Shown here piece by piece: positions 1 to 8,792 of a stretch of DNA of 24,000 bases (within the stretch, counting starts at the first letter, position 1; every line of letters starts with the position of its first letter). The DNA lies in NCBI RefSeq assembly GCF_026008515.1, contig NZ_BQYM01000007.1:196067-220066 (forward strand), given 5' to 3'. The notes under the pieces were generated by a model. The model made no database searches. It was not told the DNA's origin and was given only the letters and a program-made list of their open reading frames with translations. A program made the translations under genes and the position numbers. This stretch comes from Lolliginicoccus levis. Lineage in GTDB: Bacteria > Actinomycetota > Actinomycetes > Mycobacteriales > Mycobacteriaceae.

Positions 1-412
1 CCTCGACGCCGACGGTGACGATCCCGCGAACTGGACCCTCGCCGCTGGCGAGGCCGCCGACGACGCCACCCTCGCCGACCTCGCGTTCGCCTGGCGCGCC
101 TGCCGGGCAGTGAAGTCCAACGCGATCCTCCTCGCCCACGAGGGCGGCACCGTCGGAGTGGGCATGGGCCAGGTCAACCGGGTCGATGCCGCGCGCCTCG
201 CGGTCTCACGCGCCGGAGACCGGGCACAAGGCAGCGTCGGAGCCTCCGATGCGTTCTTCCCGTTCCCTGACGGCTTGCAGGTGCTGCTCGATGCCGGGAC
301 GCGCGCCGTGGTGCAGCCCGGTGGTTCCGTGCGGGACACCGAGGTCATCGCCGCCGCCAAGGAAGCAGGGGTCACGCTGTACCTGACGGGCGCGCGTCAC
401 TTCGCTCACTAG
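1..412 (+). CDS. purH: Bifunctional AICAR formyltransferase/IMP cyclohydrolase PurH, C-terminal fragment (5' end outside the window; frame begins at nt 2)
   Basis: The frame is open to the window edge. The translation ...[39 protein letters not shown]...[32 protein letters not shown] matches the conserved PurH C-terminus (KSNAI, GxGxGQxNRV, GGSxRD, RHFxH). Confidence 0.9.
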   Translation, partial: LDADGDDPANWTLAAGEAADDATLADLAFAWRACRAVKSNAILLAHEGGTVGVGMGQVNRVDAARLAVSRAGDRAQGSVGASDAFFPFPDGLQVLLDAGTRAVVQPGGSVRDTEVIAAAKEAGVTLYLTGARHFAH

Positions 413-484
413 CCGGACACTGGCACGCCCGCCACGATCATCCGCGTGGCGGGCGTTGCCGTCCCGGCGGCATGGAATTGCTGG

Positions 485-1450
485 CTAGAGGAGCACGGCG
501 CACGCCGCGATCACCGGGACCGAGAGCACTGTGGTGACGATCGCCGAATCCCGCGCGAGGACCACCCCGCGGCCATACCAGCTGGCGAACACAAACACGT
601 TCTGCGCCGTGGGCAGTGCCGCGAGCACCACCACCACAAGCAGCGACTGGCCCTCGAGCCCGAGCAGCCACGCGCCGATCAGCAAGGCGAGCAGCGGCTG
701 AACGATCACCTTGATGGCCGAGGCAAGCAGCACATCGCGGCGCGGGCTCGTGCCTCGACGCAGCGCCCGCGTGCCATGCAGCGAGATCCCGAACGCGATC
801 AGTGCGCCCGGCACCGACATGCCGCCGACGAGCTCCACGGGCTGATCGACGACCTCGGGCAGGCTGATGCCAGTGAGGGCAACGAGCATGCCCAGCGCGG
901 CCCCGATCAGGATCGGATTGCGCAAGGGTGCCGCGATGATGCCCGCGAGGGAACGTCGCTGGAGTGGATCCCGCGTGATGATCTCCAGGATCGCAAGGGC
1001 GATCGGACCGAGAAAGACCACTTGGAACAGCAGGACCGGCGCGATGACCGCCGCATCGCCGAGCACATACACCGCGATGGGCAGGCCCAGGTTGACGGAG
1101 TTGACGTAGGACGCGGCGAGCCCGCCGATGATTCCCTCCGCGACCCGTCGGCGCAACCAGGCGCGCGCGAGCACGAAGTACAGCAGCGCTGCCAGCGAGG
1201 CCGAGGCCGCTGCGACCACAAGACCGGGGGAGAAGACGACCGATACATCAGCGTGGGCGAGCGTGTGGAACAGCATCGCCGGTGTCGCCACGAGGAAGAC
1301 CAGCCGGGCGAGAACCTGTTCGCCGCCCGCGCCAAGAGCGCCCGTCCGGCCGAGCAGGTAGCCCACCCCGATGATGCCGAGGATGACCGCGAAGCCGACC
1401 GCCACTCCTGACATCCGCGCGCCCATCCTCCCCGGCTGATCCTCGGCCAC
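485..1450 (-). CDS. AEC (auxin efflux carrier) family membrane permease
   Basis: The 321-aa ORF is hydrophobic throughout (about 10 TM segments) with a two-halved layout typical of AEC/YfdV-type transporters. The start is uncertain: GTG 1450, ATG 1426 or ATG 1414, with GGGGAGG just upstream. Confidence 0.65.
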   Translation of the reverse strand: MAEDQPGRMGARMSGVAVGFAVILGIIGVGYLLGRTGALGAGGEQVLARLVFLVATPAMLFHTLAHADVSVVFSPGLVVAAASASLAALLYFVLARAWLRRRVAEGIIGGLAASYVNSVNLGLPIAVYVLGDAAVIAPVLLFQVVFLGPIALAILEIITRDPLQRRSLAGIIAAPLRNPILIGAALGMLVALTGISLPEVVDQPVELVGGMSVPGALIAFGISLHGTRALRRGTSPRRDVLLASAIKVIVQPLLALLIGAWLLGLEGQSLLVVVVLAALPTAQNVFVFASWYGRGVVLARDSAIVTTVLSVPVIAACAVLL

Positions 1451-1569
1451 TGCGGTCCGAGCGTGGTGCCATGCTAGGCCGGGAACCTGGGGCGTCGTTA
1501 TGGCCTGGGTCTCTGTCTAGGGGCGCCGTCCGAAACGACAAGGTCGCCGGAAGGACCGGGAAAGCACGA

Positions 1570-1607
1570 CTAGCCCCGGCAGCGTCGATCTGTGCTGCTG
1601 GGGCTAG
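1570..1607 (-). terminator. Hairpin between the rpsR stop and the AEC permease start (possible operon terminator)
   Basis: CTAGCCCCGGCAGC (1570-1583) pairs with GCTGCTGGGGCTAG (1594-1607) at 13/14 positions, with a 10-nt loop. There is no clear U-tract. Confidence 0.35.
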
Positions 1608-1632
1608 GGCTGTGCTGCTGGGCCGGTTGTGG

Positions 1633-1890
1633 CTAGCGGCTGGAGAAGGGGAGAAGCGCCATCTCGCGCGCGTTCTTCACGGCGATAGCGACCTGGCGCT
1701 GCTGCTGTGGCGTCAAGCCCGTCACTCGGCGTGAGCGGATCTTGCCACGGTCGGAGATGAAGGTGCGAAGCAGGTTGACGTCCTTGTAGTCAACGTGCTC
1801 GATACCGGCTGAGATCAGCGGGTTCTTCTTCGTCTTGCGACCCTGGTCTCCGCCCTTCTTCTTTACTGGTGCGGTGCTCTTCTTGCCCAT
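1633..1890 (-). CDS. rpsR: 30S ribosomal protein S18, Cys-less paralogue
   Basis: 85 aa. The stretch ...[53 protein letters not shown] is canonical S18. It has no Cys and is the last gene of the L28-L33-S14-S18 operon. Confidence 0.95.
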   Translation of the reverse strand: MGKKSTAPVKKKGGDQGRKTKKNPLISAGIEHVDYKDVNLLRTFISDRGKIRSRRVTGLTPQQQRQVAIAVKNAREMALLPFSSR

Positions 1891-1918
1891 TTACCCTTCG
1901 TTCCTCAACGTTTGTGGT

Positions 1919-2224
1919 TTACCAGCTGGACTTGCTGACACCGGGGAGCTCGCCGCGGTGTGCCATCTCGCGCACGCGGACCCGGGAGAGTCCGAACTTG
2001 CGGAAGTAGGCGCGCGGGCGGCCGTCGACGGCGTCGCGGTTGCGCACCCGGATCGGGCTGGCATCGCGGGGCTGACGCTGCAGCTCGGAGACAGCGTCCG
2101 CGCGATCCTCTTCGGAGGTCGCGGGGTTGCTGATGATCTGCTTGAGCTCGTTGCGGCGAGTCGCGTACTTGGCGACGATGGCCTTGCGCTGCTCGTTGCG
2201 GGCGATCTTGGACTTCTTGGCCAT
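1919..2224 (-). CDS. rpsN: 30S ribosomal protein S14, long (101-aa) zinc-independent form
   Basis: [28 protein letters not shown]...[41 protein letters not shown] is S14. The 101-aa length and absence of Cys identify the C- type. Confidence 0.95.
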   Translation of the reverse strand: MAKKSKIARNEQRKAIVAKYATRRNELKQIISNPATSEEDRADAVSELQRQPRDASPIRVRNRDAVDGRPRAYFRKFGLSRVRVREMAHRGELPGVSKSSW

Positions 2225-2388
2225 CAGCGCTCCTCGCGGAAGTCGACGTGCTTGCGAACGACGGGGTCGTATTTGCGCAGCACGATGCGGTCTGGGTTGT
2301 TTCGGCGGTTCTTGCGGGTCACGTACGTGAAACCTGTGCCAGCCGTCGACTTCAGCTTGATGATGGGGCGCACGTCATTTCGCGCCAT
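2224..2388 (-). CDS. rpmG: 50S ribosomal protein L33, Cys-less form
   Basis: This gene is absent from the supplied ORF track because it is shorter than 60 aa. Hand translation from the reverse-strand ATG at 2388 to the TGA at 2226-2224 gives [54 protein letters not shown], which is L33. There is no CxxC. The stop overlaps the rpsN ATG by 1 nt (TGATG). Confidence 0.9.
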   Translation of the reverse strand: MARNDVRPIIKLKSTAGTGFTYVTRKNRRNNPDRIVLRKYDPVVRKHVDFREER

Positions 2389-2422
2389 GGTGTTCCCTTC
2401 CTAGTTCGATAGCGGGGTGGTG

Positions 2423-2659
2423 CTAGACCTTGTCGCCACGTGCACGGATCGCGGCGACAACGGCCTCGATGCCATCCCGATCGATGGTCTTGATGCCCTT
2501 GGTGGAAACCTGGAGCGTGACGTACCGGCCTTCGCTGGGCAGGAAGTACCGACGACGCTGGATGTTCGGGTTCCAGCGACGCGAGGTGCGCTGGTGCGAG
2601 TGGGATACGGACTTCCCAAAGCCCGGCTTGCGCCCAGTTACTTGGCAGTGCGCCGACAT
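2423..2659 (-). CDS. rpmB: 50S ribosomal protein L28 paralogue
   Basis: The internal ATG at 2659 of the 105-aa track ORF gives a 78-aa product, [39 protein letters not shown]...[31 protein letters not shown], which is L28. It has a single Cys only. Confidence 0.9.
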   Translation of the reverse strand: MSAHCQVTGRKPGFGKSVSHSHQRTSRRWNPNIQRRRYFLPSEGRYVTLQVSTKGIKTIDRDGIEAVVAAIRARGDKV

Positions 2660-2763
2660 GACTACAGACCTCTCGTAAGTGACGTTCATTTTCGACAAAG
2701 CCGACGGGACACGGTACCTTCTCGGTAAGGAATCTGACAACCATTACCGATAAGGAGCATCGA
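2660..2763. promoter_or_regulatory. Divergent promoter/operator region of the two ribosomal-paralogue operons, with candidate Zur-type operator(s)
   Basis: This is the most AT-rich stretch of the window. First, 2680-2695 TGACGTTCATTTTCGA (reverse complement TCGAAAATGAACGTCA) resembles the actinobacterial Zur half-site GAAAATGA/TCATTTTC and lies 21-36 nt upstream of rpmB. Second, 2722-2750 TCGGTAAGGAATC-TGA-CAACCATTACCGA is a 13-3-13 imperfect palindrome (9/13 pairs, outer 7 perfect) lying 14-42 nt upstream of the GTG at 2764. The AAGGAG RBS is at 2752-2757. Confidence 0.4.
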
Positions 2764-4071
2764 GTGACCGATCAGCGCACACCCGTCGTGCTGGTCTGCG
2801 GATGGCAAGAAGATGCTAGTCTCATTGCGCGCGCATTTCAACGCGAGGGTACCTCAATCGTCCACTATGACCTCGCAGAGGTCAAAACGGGCGTCGTCTG
2901 CAGAGCATTGACCACCACTGACGGTGTCACGTCCCGCATGCGAACAACCCTGCTCGCGGCCGCCCCTGGTCGTGCAGCGGACGCGATCCGCGAGGATCTC
3001 CTTCCCTTGTTGCGCCGTCTGGCTAGCCGGAGCCGTGTAGAGCGGATATTACTCCTCCTGCCCCCGGCCCTCGACATCGAGGACCTCCGCGAGACCATCA
3101 GCACCGCTGCCGTCGCCGGGATGATCGGCCATCGCGACGGCCCGCTCCGCGACGACATCCGCATCGATGCGGTGCTCAGCGCCCTCGACGCGAAAACCTG
3201 GCTCGCCGACGCCACCAGTGCCGAGACCCTCGCCGAGCGCGGGCTAGCTGGCTGCCCGGACGAGCGCACCGTCGCTAGCGCAGTGACCAGCTGGGCCCGA
3301 TCCGCGGATGGCATCGCCGTCCTGGGCGCGCGAGCGGACCATGGCGGCCCCATCCTGGATCATCCTGGCCTCGACCATTTCCCACGCCTCGCTGCGATCC
3401 TGGACCGCCTCGCTCCCGGCGTTCCCATCGCCTGGCAGGGCGGCGACATCATCCCTGACCCCCACGCCCTGCTCGCGCTGCTGCCCGCGACCGCCAGCCG
3501 CCCGGCTGCCCCGAGCATCCACGACCCCCTGCTCGCCGCGCAGCCACCGCTCGAGGCCGACCACGGCATCCAGTGGCTCGAGTTCGGCGCGACCCGGCCC
3601 TTCCATCCGCAGCGCTTCCACGAGGCGCTCGACCCCATCCTCGACGGCACCATCCACGCGCGCGGCCGCGTGTGGCTCGCCACCGCTCCAGACGCGGTGC
3701 TCTGGCTCGACGCGGCCGGGGGAGGACTGACCGTCAGCGCCGCGGACCGCTGGCTCGCTGCGATGACCCCGAGCGAGCAGGACGCGCAGCCCGCGGATCG
3801 CACCGCGATGGCAGCGGCGCGCTGGACACCGGAGCACGGCGACCGCCATACCGCGCTCGTCCTGCTCGTCCATGACGGGCAGCCCGAGCGGATCCGGGAC
3901 GCGCTCGGGGCCGCGCTGCTCACCGATCCCGAGCTCGCCGCGGGCCACGAGCTGTGGCGGACATGGGAAGACCCCTTCGGAGAATGGCACCAGGATCCCT
4001 GTGCCGGCTTCCCGGGATACGGCGCCTCCACGGGCGCAATTGACATCGACACAAGGAAAGAAGGACACTAG
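2764..4071 (+). CDS. COG0523/CobW-family-like protein with a degenerate N-terminal GTPase domain and a CobW_C-like C-terminal domain
   Basis: 435 aa, GTG start preceded by AAGGAG. The N-terminus [14 protein letters not shown] occupies the position of the COG0523 P-loop (xVxVLTGFLGAGKTT) but has no GxxGxGK[ST]. There is no CxCC motif. The segment [52 protein letters not shown] looks like the CobW C-terminal domain. The gene is embedded among Zn-independent r-protein genes. Confidence 0.6.
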   Translation: MTDQRTPVVLVCGWQEDASLIARAFQREGTSIVHYDLAEVKTGVVCRALTTTDGVTSRMRTTLLAAAPGRAADAIREDLLPLLRRLASRSRVERILLLLPPALDIEDLRETISTAAVAGMIGHRDGPLRDDIRIDAVLSALDAKTWLADATSAETLAERGLAGCPDERTVASAVTSWARSADGIAVLGARADHGGPILDHPGLDHFPRLAAILDRLAPGVPIAWQGGDIIPDPHALLALLPATASRPAAPSIHDPLLAAQPPLEADHGIQWLEFGATRPFHPQRFHEALDPILDGTIHARGRVWLATAPDAVLWLDAAGGGLTVSAADRWLAAMTPSEQDAQPADRTAMAAARWTPEHGDRHTALVLLVHDGQPERIRDALGAALLTDPELAAGHELWRTWEDPFGEWHQDPCAGFPGYGASTGAIDIDTRKEGH

Positions 4072-4391
4072 TGCGACCAGCCATTCATCCTGAGTATCAT
4101 CCGGTTGTCTTCCAGGACGCCAACACCGGATCCATGTTCCTCACGCGGTCCACCGCTACGAGTGAGCGGACAGTGAGCTGGCAAGACGGAAACGAGTATC
4201 CGCTCATCGTCGTCGATGTGACCGCCGAGTCGCACCCGTTCTGGACGGGCGCGCAGCGTATCCTCGACACGGCCGGCCGGGTAGAGAAGTTCCGTCAGCG
4301 TTATGGCAACCGTGCCCGACCCGCGGGCGCTCGCAGGAACGCGGGCGGCAAACGAGAGGAGCTTGATAGCAATGGCAGTACCCAAGCGTAG
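4071..4391 (+). CDS. rpmE2: 50S ribosomal protein L31, type B (Cys-less)
   Basis: [79 protein letters not shown]... is L31 type B with no CxxC. The GTG start overlaps the upstream TAG by 1 nt. The 27-aa basic C-terminal extension overlaps the rpmF start by 20 nt. Confidence 0.85.
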   Translation: MRPAIHPEYHPVVFQDANTGSMFLTRSTATSERTVSWQDGNEYPLIVVDVTAESHPFWTGAQRILDTAGRVEKFRQRYGNRARPAGARRNAGGKREELDSNGSTQA

Positions 4392-4545
4392 GAAGTCGCG
4401 CGCGCGGACGCACCACCGCCGCTCGCAGTGGAAGGCCACTGCGGTCGACTTGGTGCCCGTGACCGTGGGTGGCGTGGCGACCCGGGTGCCGAGCCGCATC
4501 GTCAACGCCGTCCGCCGCGGACTGATCGACCCCGACAAGCTCTGA
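4372..4545 (+). CDS. rpmF: 50S ribosomal protein L32, Cys-less form
   Basis: The internal ATG at 4372 (GAGAGGA RBS at about 4354-4360) gives the 57-aa product [30 protein letters not shown]..., which has the L32 N-terminal signature and no Cys. Confidence 0.85.
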   Translation: MAVPKRRKSRARTHHRRSQWKATAVDLVPVTVGGVATRVPSRIVNAVRRGLIDPDKL

Positions 4546-4574
4546 TAAGAGCCACCTCGGGCTAGCAGCATCGT

Positions 4575-4611
4575 CCTAGGGCCCGCGCAGCATCGCTGCG
4601 CGGGCCCTAGG
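4575..4611 (+). terminator. Perfect 16-bp stem / 5-nt loop hairpin after rpmF
   Basis: The sequence is CCTAGGGCCCGCGCAG-CATCG-CTGCGCGGGCCCTAGG. There is no U-tract, and it ends 2 nt before the next ORF start. Confidence 0.6.
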
Positions 4612-4613
4612 CT

Positions 4614-5240
4614 GTGCCTGTGCTGCTGACCATCCTGGATCTCTCTGGCATCGCTGCGTTCGCGGCATCCGGCGCGCTCGTTGGCGTTGCCAAGCGCCTC
4701 GACGTGTTCGGCATCTGCCTCGTCGGGGTGACCACAGGCATCGGTGGCGGCATCATCCGTGATGTGCTGCTGGGCATTCATCCACCCTCCTCGCTGCAGA
4801 CCTGGCCGGCGTTTGCCACGGCATTGTCGGCGAGCATCCTGGCGATGTTGCTGCACCCCGAGCTGCGTCGATTGCGCGCGGGCGTCCTGCTGCTCGATGC
4901 GATGGGGGTCGGGGTGTTCGCGACCGGCGGCGCGGCCATCGCGCTGGAGGCGGGCGCCGGGCCGCTCGCAGCGATCGTGGTGGGGACCGCGACAGCGATC
5001 GGCGGCGGGGTGATCCGCGACGTGCTCGTCAACGAGATGCCCCTGCTGCTGCACCGCGATCTCTACGCCGTGCCCGCGTTGCTCGGTGCCGCGCTGATCG
5101 TGGCCGCCGATGGGATCGACATGCCGAGCACTCCCGCGCTCGCGGCGGGCGTGGCGCTTGCTGCCGGGCTACGGCTCGCCGCGCTGCGCTGGGGCTGGAA
5201 CCTTCCCGTCGCCCCGCGCGCCCCGGAGACTCCGGGATAG
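4614..5240 (+). CDS. TRIC (trimeric intracellular cation channel)/UPF0126 family membrane protein
   Basis: 208 aa and about 7 TM segments. It carries the duplicated glycine motifs [13 protein letters not shown] and [14 protein letters not shown] that are typical of the YadS/YicG UPF0126 two-repeat fold. Confidence 0.75.
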   Translation: MPVLLTILDLSGIAAFAASGALVGVAKRLDVFGICLVGVTTGIGGGIIRDVLLGIHPPSSLQTWPAFATALSASILAMLLHPELRRLRAGVLLLDAMGVGVFATGGAAIALEAGAGPLAAIVVGTATAIGGGVIRDVLVNEMPLLLHRDLYAVPALLGAALIVAADGIDMPSTPALAAGVALAAGLRLAALRWGWNLPVAPRAPETPG

Positions 5241-5289
5241 CGCGGCGACTCTTACACATTGTTCAGGTGGGCAGTACACACTAGTGGGC

Positions 5290-5982
5290 ATGCGGATACT
5301 CGTTGTCGATGATGATCGGGCGGTGCGGGAGTCGCTTCGGCGGTCGCTGTCCTTCAACGGCTACACGGTGGACCTCGCCGTTGATGGCGTCGATGCCCTG
5401 GAGCAGGTCGCGGCCACCTCGCCGGACGCTCTCGTGCTCGACGTCATGATGCCCCGTCTCGACGGCCTCGAGGTGTGCCGCCGTCTGCGCAGCCAGGGCG
5501 ACGATCGTCCCATCCTGGTGCTCACAGCACGCGATTCGGTGTCCGAGCGAGTCATGGGCCTCGACGCCGGGGCCGACGATTACCTGCCCAAGCCATTCGC
5601 GCTCGAGGAACTGCTCGCGAGGCTCCGGGCGCTGCTGCGGCGACGCGGCGCGGCGGACGCCGACGACGGCACCGGCGAGGCGATGGAGTTCGCAGGGCTC
5701 ACCATGGATCCCGTGACCAGGGAAGTGACCCGCGATGAGCGGCAGATCAGCCTCACCCGCACCGAGTTCTCGCTGCTCGAGATGCTGATGGCCAACCCGC
5801 GGCGGGTGCTCACCCGCGCCCGCATCCTCGAGGAGGTGTGGGGCTATGACTTTCCGACCAGCGGAAACGCCCTCGAGGTGTACATCGGCTATCTTCGTCG
5901 CAAGACCGAGTCGGAAGGGGAGCCGCGGATCATCCACACGGTGCGTGGCGTGGGCTACGTGCTGCGGGAGACGCCCCCGTGA
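5290..5982 (+). CDS. mprA: OmpR-family response regulator, MprA-like
   Basis: [33 protein letters not shown]...[17 protein letters not shown] is a receiver domain, followed by a winged-helix C-terminus (...[13 protein letters not shown]). Synteny with mprB-pepD-moaB2-mscL matches M. tuberculosis Rv0981-0985c. The start is taken at ATG 5290; GTG 5284 is also possible. Confidence 0.85.
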   Translation: MRILVVDDDRAVRESLRRSLSFNGYTVDLAVDGVDALEQVAATSPDALVLDVMMPRLDGLEVCRRLRSQGDDRPILVLTARDSVSERVMGLDAGADDYLPKPFALEELLARLRALLRRRGAADADDGTGEAMEFAGLTMDPVTREVTRDERQISLTRTEFSLLEMLMANPRRVLTRARILEEVWGYDFPTSGNALEVYIGYLRRKTESEGEPRIIHTVRGVGYVLRETPP

Positions 5983-7370
5983 GGACAGAGGGGTGGTTGC
6001 ACCCCTCGCGGCGCATCGGCCGCACGATGTCCCTCCGTACGCGCGTCACCTTGCTCGCGGCGTTCGTGGTGACGATCGCGGTCGCGCTGATGGCCGGCGC
6101 GGCGTTCAGCGTTGTTGCGCGCGCGCTCTACAGCGATGTGGATGACCAGTTGCGCAAGCGTGTCGATCTGATCGTCGCGTCGCACCTGCCCGAGCGGTTC
6201 GGCAGCGATGCGGTCACCGCGGCCTCGCTGTTCTCCGACACGCTCTCGGGCACCCTGATCTATCCCGACAACACCGCCGCGCCGATGTCGCCGTTGATCG
6301 AGCTGGGCGAGCCCGAGTTCGCGGTGATCCGGGGCGAGCAGGAATCGTCGCTGCGCACCATCGGCAACCGGCGCGTCATCGCGCAGCGCTCCAACCAGGG
6401 CGCCACGCTCGTCCTTGCCCAGGACCTTGCCCCCACCCAGGAGGTTCTCGACCGGCTTGCCCTCGTGCTGCTGATCGTCGGCGGATGCGGAGTGATCCTT
6501 GCTGTGGTCGCCGGCACCGGGGTGGGCCGGACCGGGCTGCGGCCGGTAGCAAGACTGACGGCCGCCGCTCAACGGGTGGCGCGCACCGACGACCTCACCC
6601 CCATTCCCGTCACCGGCGATGACGAGCTTGCCCGGCTGACCGAGGCGTTCAACTCGATGCTGCTCGCCCTGCGCGAGTCCCGGGAGCGCCAATCCCGGCT
6701 GGTCGCCGACGCGGGGCATGAGCTGCGAACCCCGCTGACCTCGCTGCGCACCAACACCGAGCTTCTGATCGCGGCGAGCAGGCAGGGCGCGCCCGCGCTG
6801 GCCCCCGAGGACATGGAAGGCCTCCAGGAGGACGTGCTCGCCCAGATCGAGGAGCTGTCCACCCTGGTCGGCGACCTCGTGGACCTCGCGCGGGAGGACT
6901 CGACCGAGCCCGGCATGGAACGGGTGGATATCGCGGAGATCGCCGACCGGGCCATCGAGCGCGTGCGCAGGCGCCGCACCGACGTCGAGATCGACGCGTC
7001 CACCCTCGGCTGGTGGGTGTGGGGCGATGCGGGCGGCTTGACCCGCGCATTGCTGAACGTGCTGGACAATGCCGCGAAATGGAGCCCTCCGGAAGGTCGC
7101 ATCACACTGCGGATGCAGCCAGGCCGCGGGCGCAACGTGGACGTGACCATCGAGGACGAGGGCCCCGGCATCCCGCTCGAGGAGAGGGCGCTGGTGTTCG
7201 AGCGCTTCTATCGCTCCGACGCATCGCGATCCATGCCCGGCTCGGGGCTCGGGCTCGCGATCGTCTATCACGTGCTGCACCGCCACGGCGGCAAGGTCAC
7301 CATCGACGATGCCGACGGCGGGGGCGCGCGAGTGACCCTGAGCATTCCCGGCGAACCGGTCGAACAGTGA
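5979..7370 (+). CDS. mprB: HAMP-domain sensor histidine kinase, MprB-like
   Basis: It has two TM segments, a HAMP region, the H-box [11 protein letters not shown], the N-box [13 protein letters not shown] and the G-box GSGLGLAIV. The GTGA overlap with the mprA stop suggests translational coupling. An alternative ATG lies at 6027. Confidence 0.85.
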   Translation: MRTEGWLHPSRRIGRTMSLRTRVTLLAAFVVTIAVALMAGAAFSVVARALYSDVDDQLRKRVDLIVASHLPERFGSDAVTAASLFSDTLSGTLIYPDNTAAPMSPLIELGEPEFAVIRGEQESSLRTIGNRRVIAQRSNQGATLVLAQDLAPTQEVLDRLALVLLIVGGCGVILAVVAGTGVGRTGLRPVARLTAAAQRVARTDDLTPIPVTGDDELARLTEAFNSMLLALRESRERQSRLVADAGHELRTPLTSLRTNTELLIAASRQGAPALAPEDMEGLQEDVLAQIEELSTLVGDLVDLAREDSTEPGMERVDIAEIADRAIERVRRRRTDVEIDASTLGWWVWGDAGGLTRALLNVLDNAAKWSPPEGRITLRMQPGRGRNVDVTIEDEGPGIPLEERALVFERFYRSDASRSMPGSGLGLAIVYHVLHRHGGKVTIDDADGGGARVTLSIPGEPVEQ

Positions 7371-7401
7371 TCCTGCTCTCGTGGCAGAATTATCTGTCCA
7401 G

Positions 7402-7420
7402 TCTCAGGATGCTCTCAGAG
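7402..7420 (+). promoter_or_regulatory. MprA-box-like direct repeat upstream of pepD
   Basis: TCTCAGGA-tgc-TCTCAGAG is two 8-bp direct repeats separated by 3 nt, the architecture described for M. tuberculosis MprA binding sites. It lies 80-98 nt upstream of the pepD ATG. Confidence 0.6.
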
Positions 7421-7499
7421 CGCCGATGCACCGTGTGGCTACAAGATCCGAACGGCGACGCCCCGGCAGCGGTCGCATGGACCATGAGGAGCTGATGTC

Positions 7500-8792
7500 A
7501 TGAACTACGGAGCTGAAGGGGGCAATCCGCCCGGCCGCGATCCCCGGTACGGACTGGGCAACCCGCCACAGCACTATCCACCCATGGGCGTGGAGCCACC
7601 GCCCGGCAGCCCGGCACCAGGAGGAACGGGCGGCCCCTCCCCGGGGGGCTCGCCCCCGGGGGGTCCGGGCGGTCCGCCACCGGGCGACCGCCAGCCCCGA
7701 GCCGAGCAGCAGCCCCGATCGCGCGGTTCGTGGATCATCGTGGGAGCACTCGTGCTGGCACTGGCCAGCGGCATCTTCGGTGGCCTCGTGGGCGCGGGGA
7801 TCGCTGGGCGCGATGGCGGCAGCGCGCAGACTACCCAGTTCGGTGGCCAGCTGCCCTCCGTGGCGGACCCGGAGGAGGAGGCGCCGCTAGGCTCGGTCCA
7901 ATGGGCGGCGGAGCGCGTGCTGCCGTCGGTGGTCAAGATCGATGTGGATACCGCAGCGTCCTCGGGGAGCGGCTCCGGGGTGATCCTGAGCAGCGATGGC
8001 GTGATCCTGACCAATAATCACGTGGTGGTGGGCTCCGATGGCACCGTGGAGGTGGCGTTCAACGATGGATCCGTCGCGCCCGGCCGGGTCATCGCTGGCG
8101 ATGCCCAGTTCGACATCGCTGTTGTCCAGGTCGAGGGCCGTACCGATCTCACTCCCGTCGAGATCGGAAGCTCGGGGGCGCTGAACGTGGGGCAGCCAGT
8201 GGTGGCGATCGGCTCGCCGCTCGGGTTGTCGTCGACAGTGACCACCGGCATCGTGAGCGCGCTGAACCGCCCGGTATACGCGGGTGGCGAGACGGCCGAG
8301 GAGACGTCGGTGATCGATGCGATCCAGACCGATGCCGCGATCAACCCGGGCAACTCGGGTGGCGCCCTGGTAAACCTCAATGGCGAGCTCGTGGGCATCA
8401 ATACGGCCATCGCGACGCTCGGGCGCGCCGGTGGCGGCCAGGGCTCGATCGGCCTGGGCTTCTCGATCCCGATCGACCAGGCCAAGCGCGTTGCCGATGA
8501 GCTGCTCTCCACCGGTGCGGTGCGCAAGGCGACCCTGGGCGTGCTGGTGGACATGCGTGACCCGGAGCGCGGCGCGCTGGTCACCGAGATCGTTCCGGAT
8601 GGCGCGGCCGAGCAGGCTGGCATCCCACCGGGGGCTGTGGTGGTCGGACTCGATGATCGGCCCATCGCGACCGCCACGGCGCTGATCGCGGCGGTCCGCT
8701 CGCAAGTACCGGGTGATGTCGTGGAGATCTCCTGGATTCCGCCCGGCGGCGGCGCGTTGCAGCGCGCTCAGGTCGAGCTGCGGGAAGGATGA
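7500..8792 (+). CDS. pepD: HtrA/PepD-like secreted serine protease with a PDZ domain
   Basis: 430 aa. It has a Pro/Gly-rich N-terminus, one TM segment, and a trypsin-like triad context (TNNHVV, DIAVVQV, GNSGGAL). The C-terminus is PDZ-like. A GAGGAG RBS lies at 7486-7491. Confidence 0.85.
   Translation: MNYGAEGGNPPGRDPRYGLGNPPQHYPPMGVEPPPGSPAPGGTGGPSPGGSPPGGPGGPPPGDRQPRAEQQPRSRGSWIIVGALVLALASGIFGGLVGAGIAGRDGGSAQTTQFGGQLPSVADPEEEAPLGSVQWAAERVLPSVVKIDVDTAASSGSGSGVILSSDGVILTNNHVVVGSDGTVEVAFNDGSVAPGRVIAGDAQFDIAVVQVEGRTDLTPVEIGSSGALNVGQPVVAIGSPLGLSSTVTTGIVSALNRPVYAGGETAEETSVIDAIQTDAAINPGNSGGALVNLNGELVGINTAIATLGRAGGGQGSIGLGFSIPIDQAKRVADELLSTGAVRKATLGVLVDMRDPERGALVTEIVPDGAAEQAGIPPGAVVVGLDDRPIATATALIAAVRSQVPGDVVEISWIPPGGGALQRAQVELREG

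Noticed and set aside
1590-4627. The 11-mer CTGTGCTGCTG occurs three times (1590-1600, 1610-1620, 4617-4627), each next to a CTAGG(G)C motif and near a terminator hairpin.
   Set aside because: It is short and CTG-rich in a biased genome, and dozens of chance 10-11-mer coincidences are expected in 24 kb. The third copy is inside the start of the TRIC CDS (PVLL). The adjacent pair at 1590-1620 is explained as part of the rpsR-distal hairpin region.
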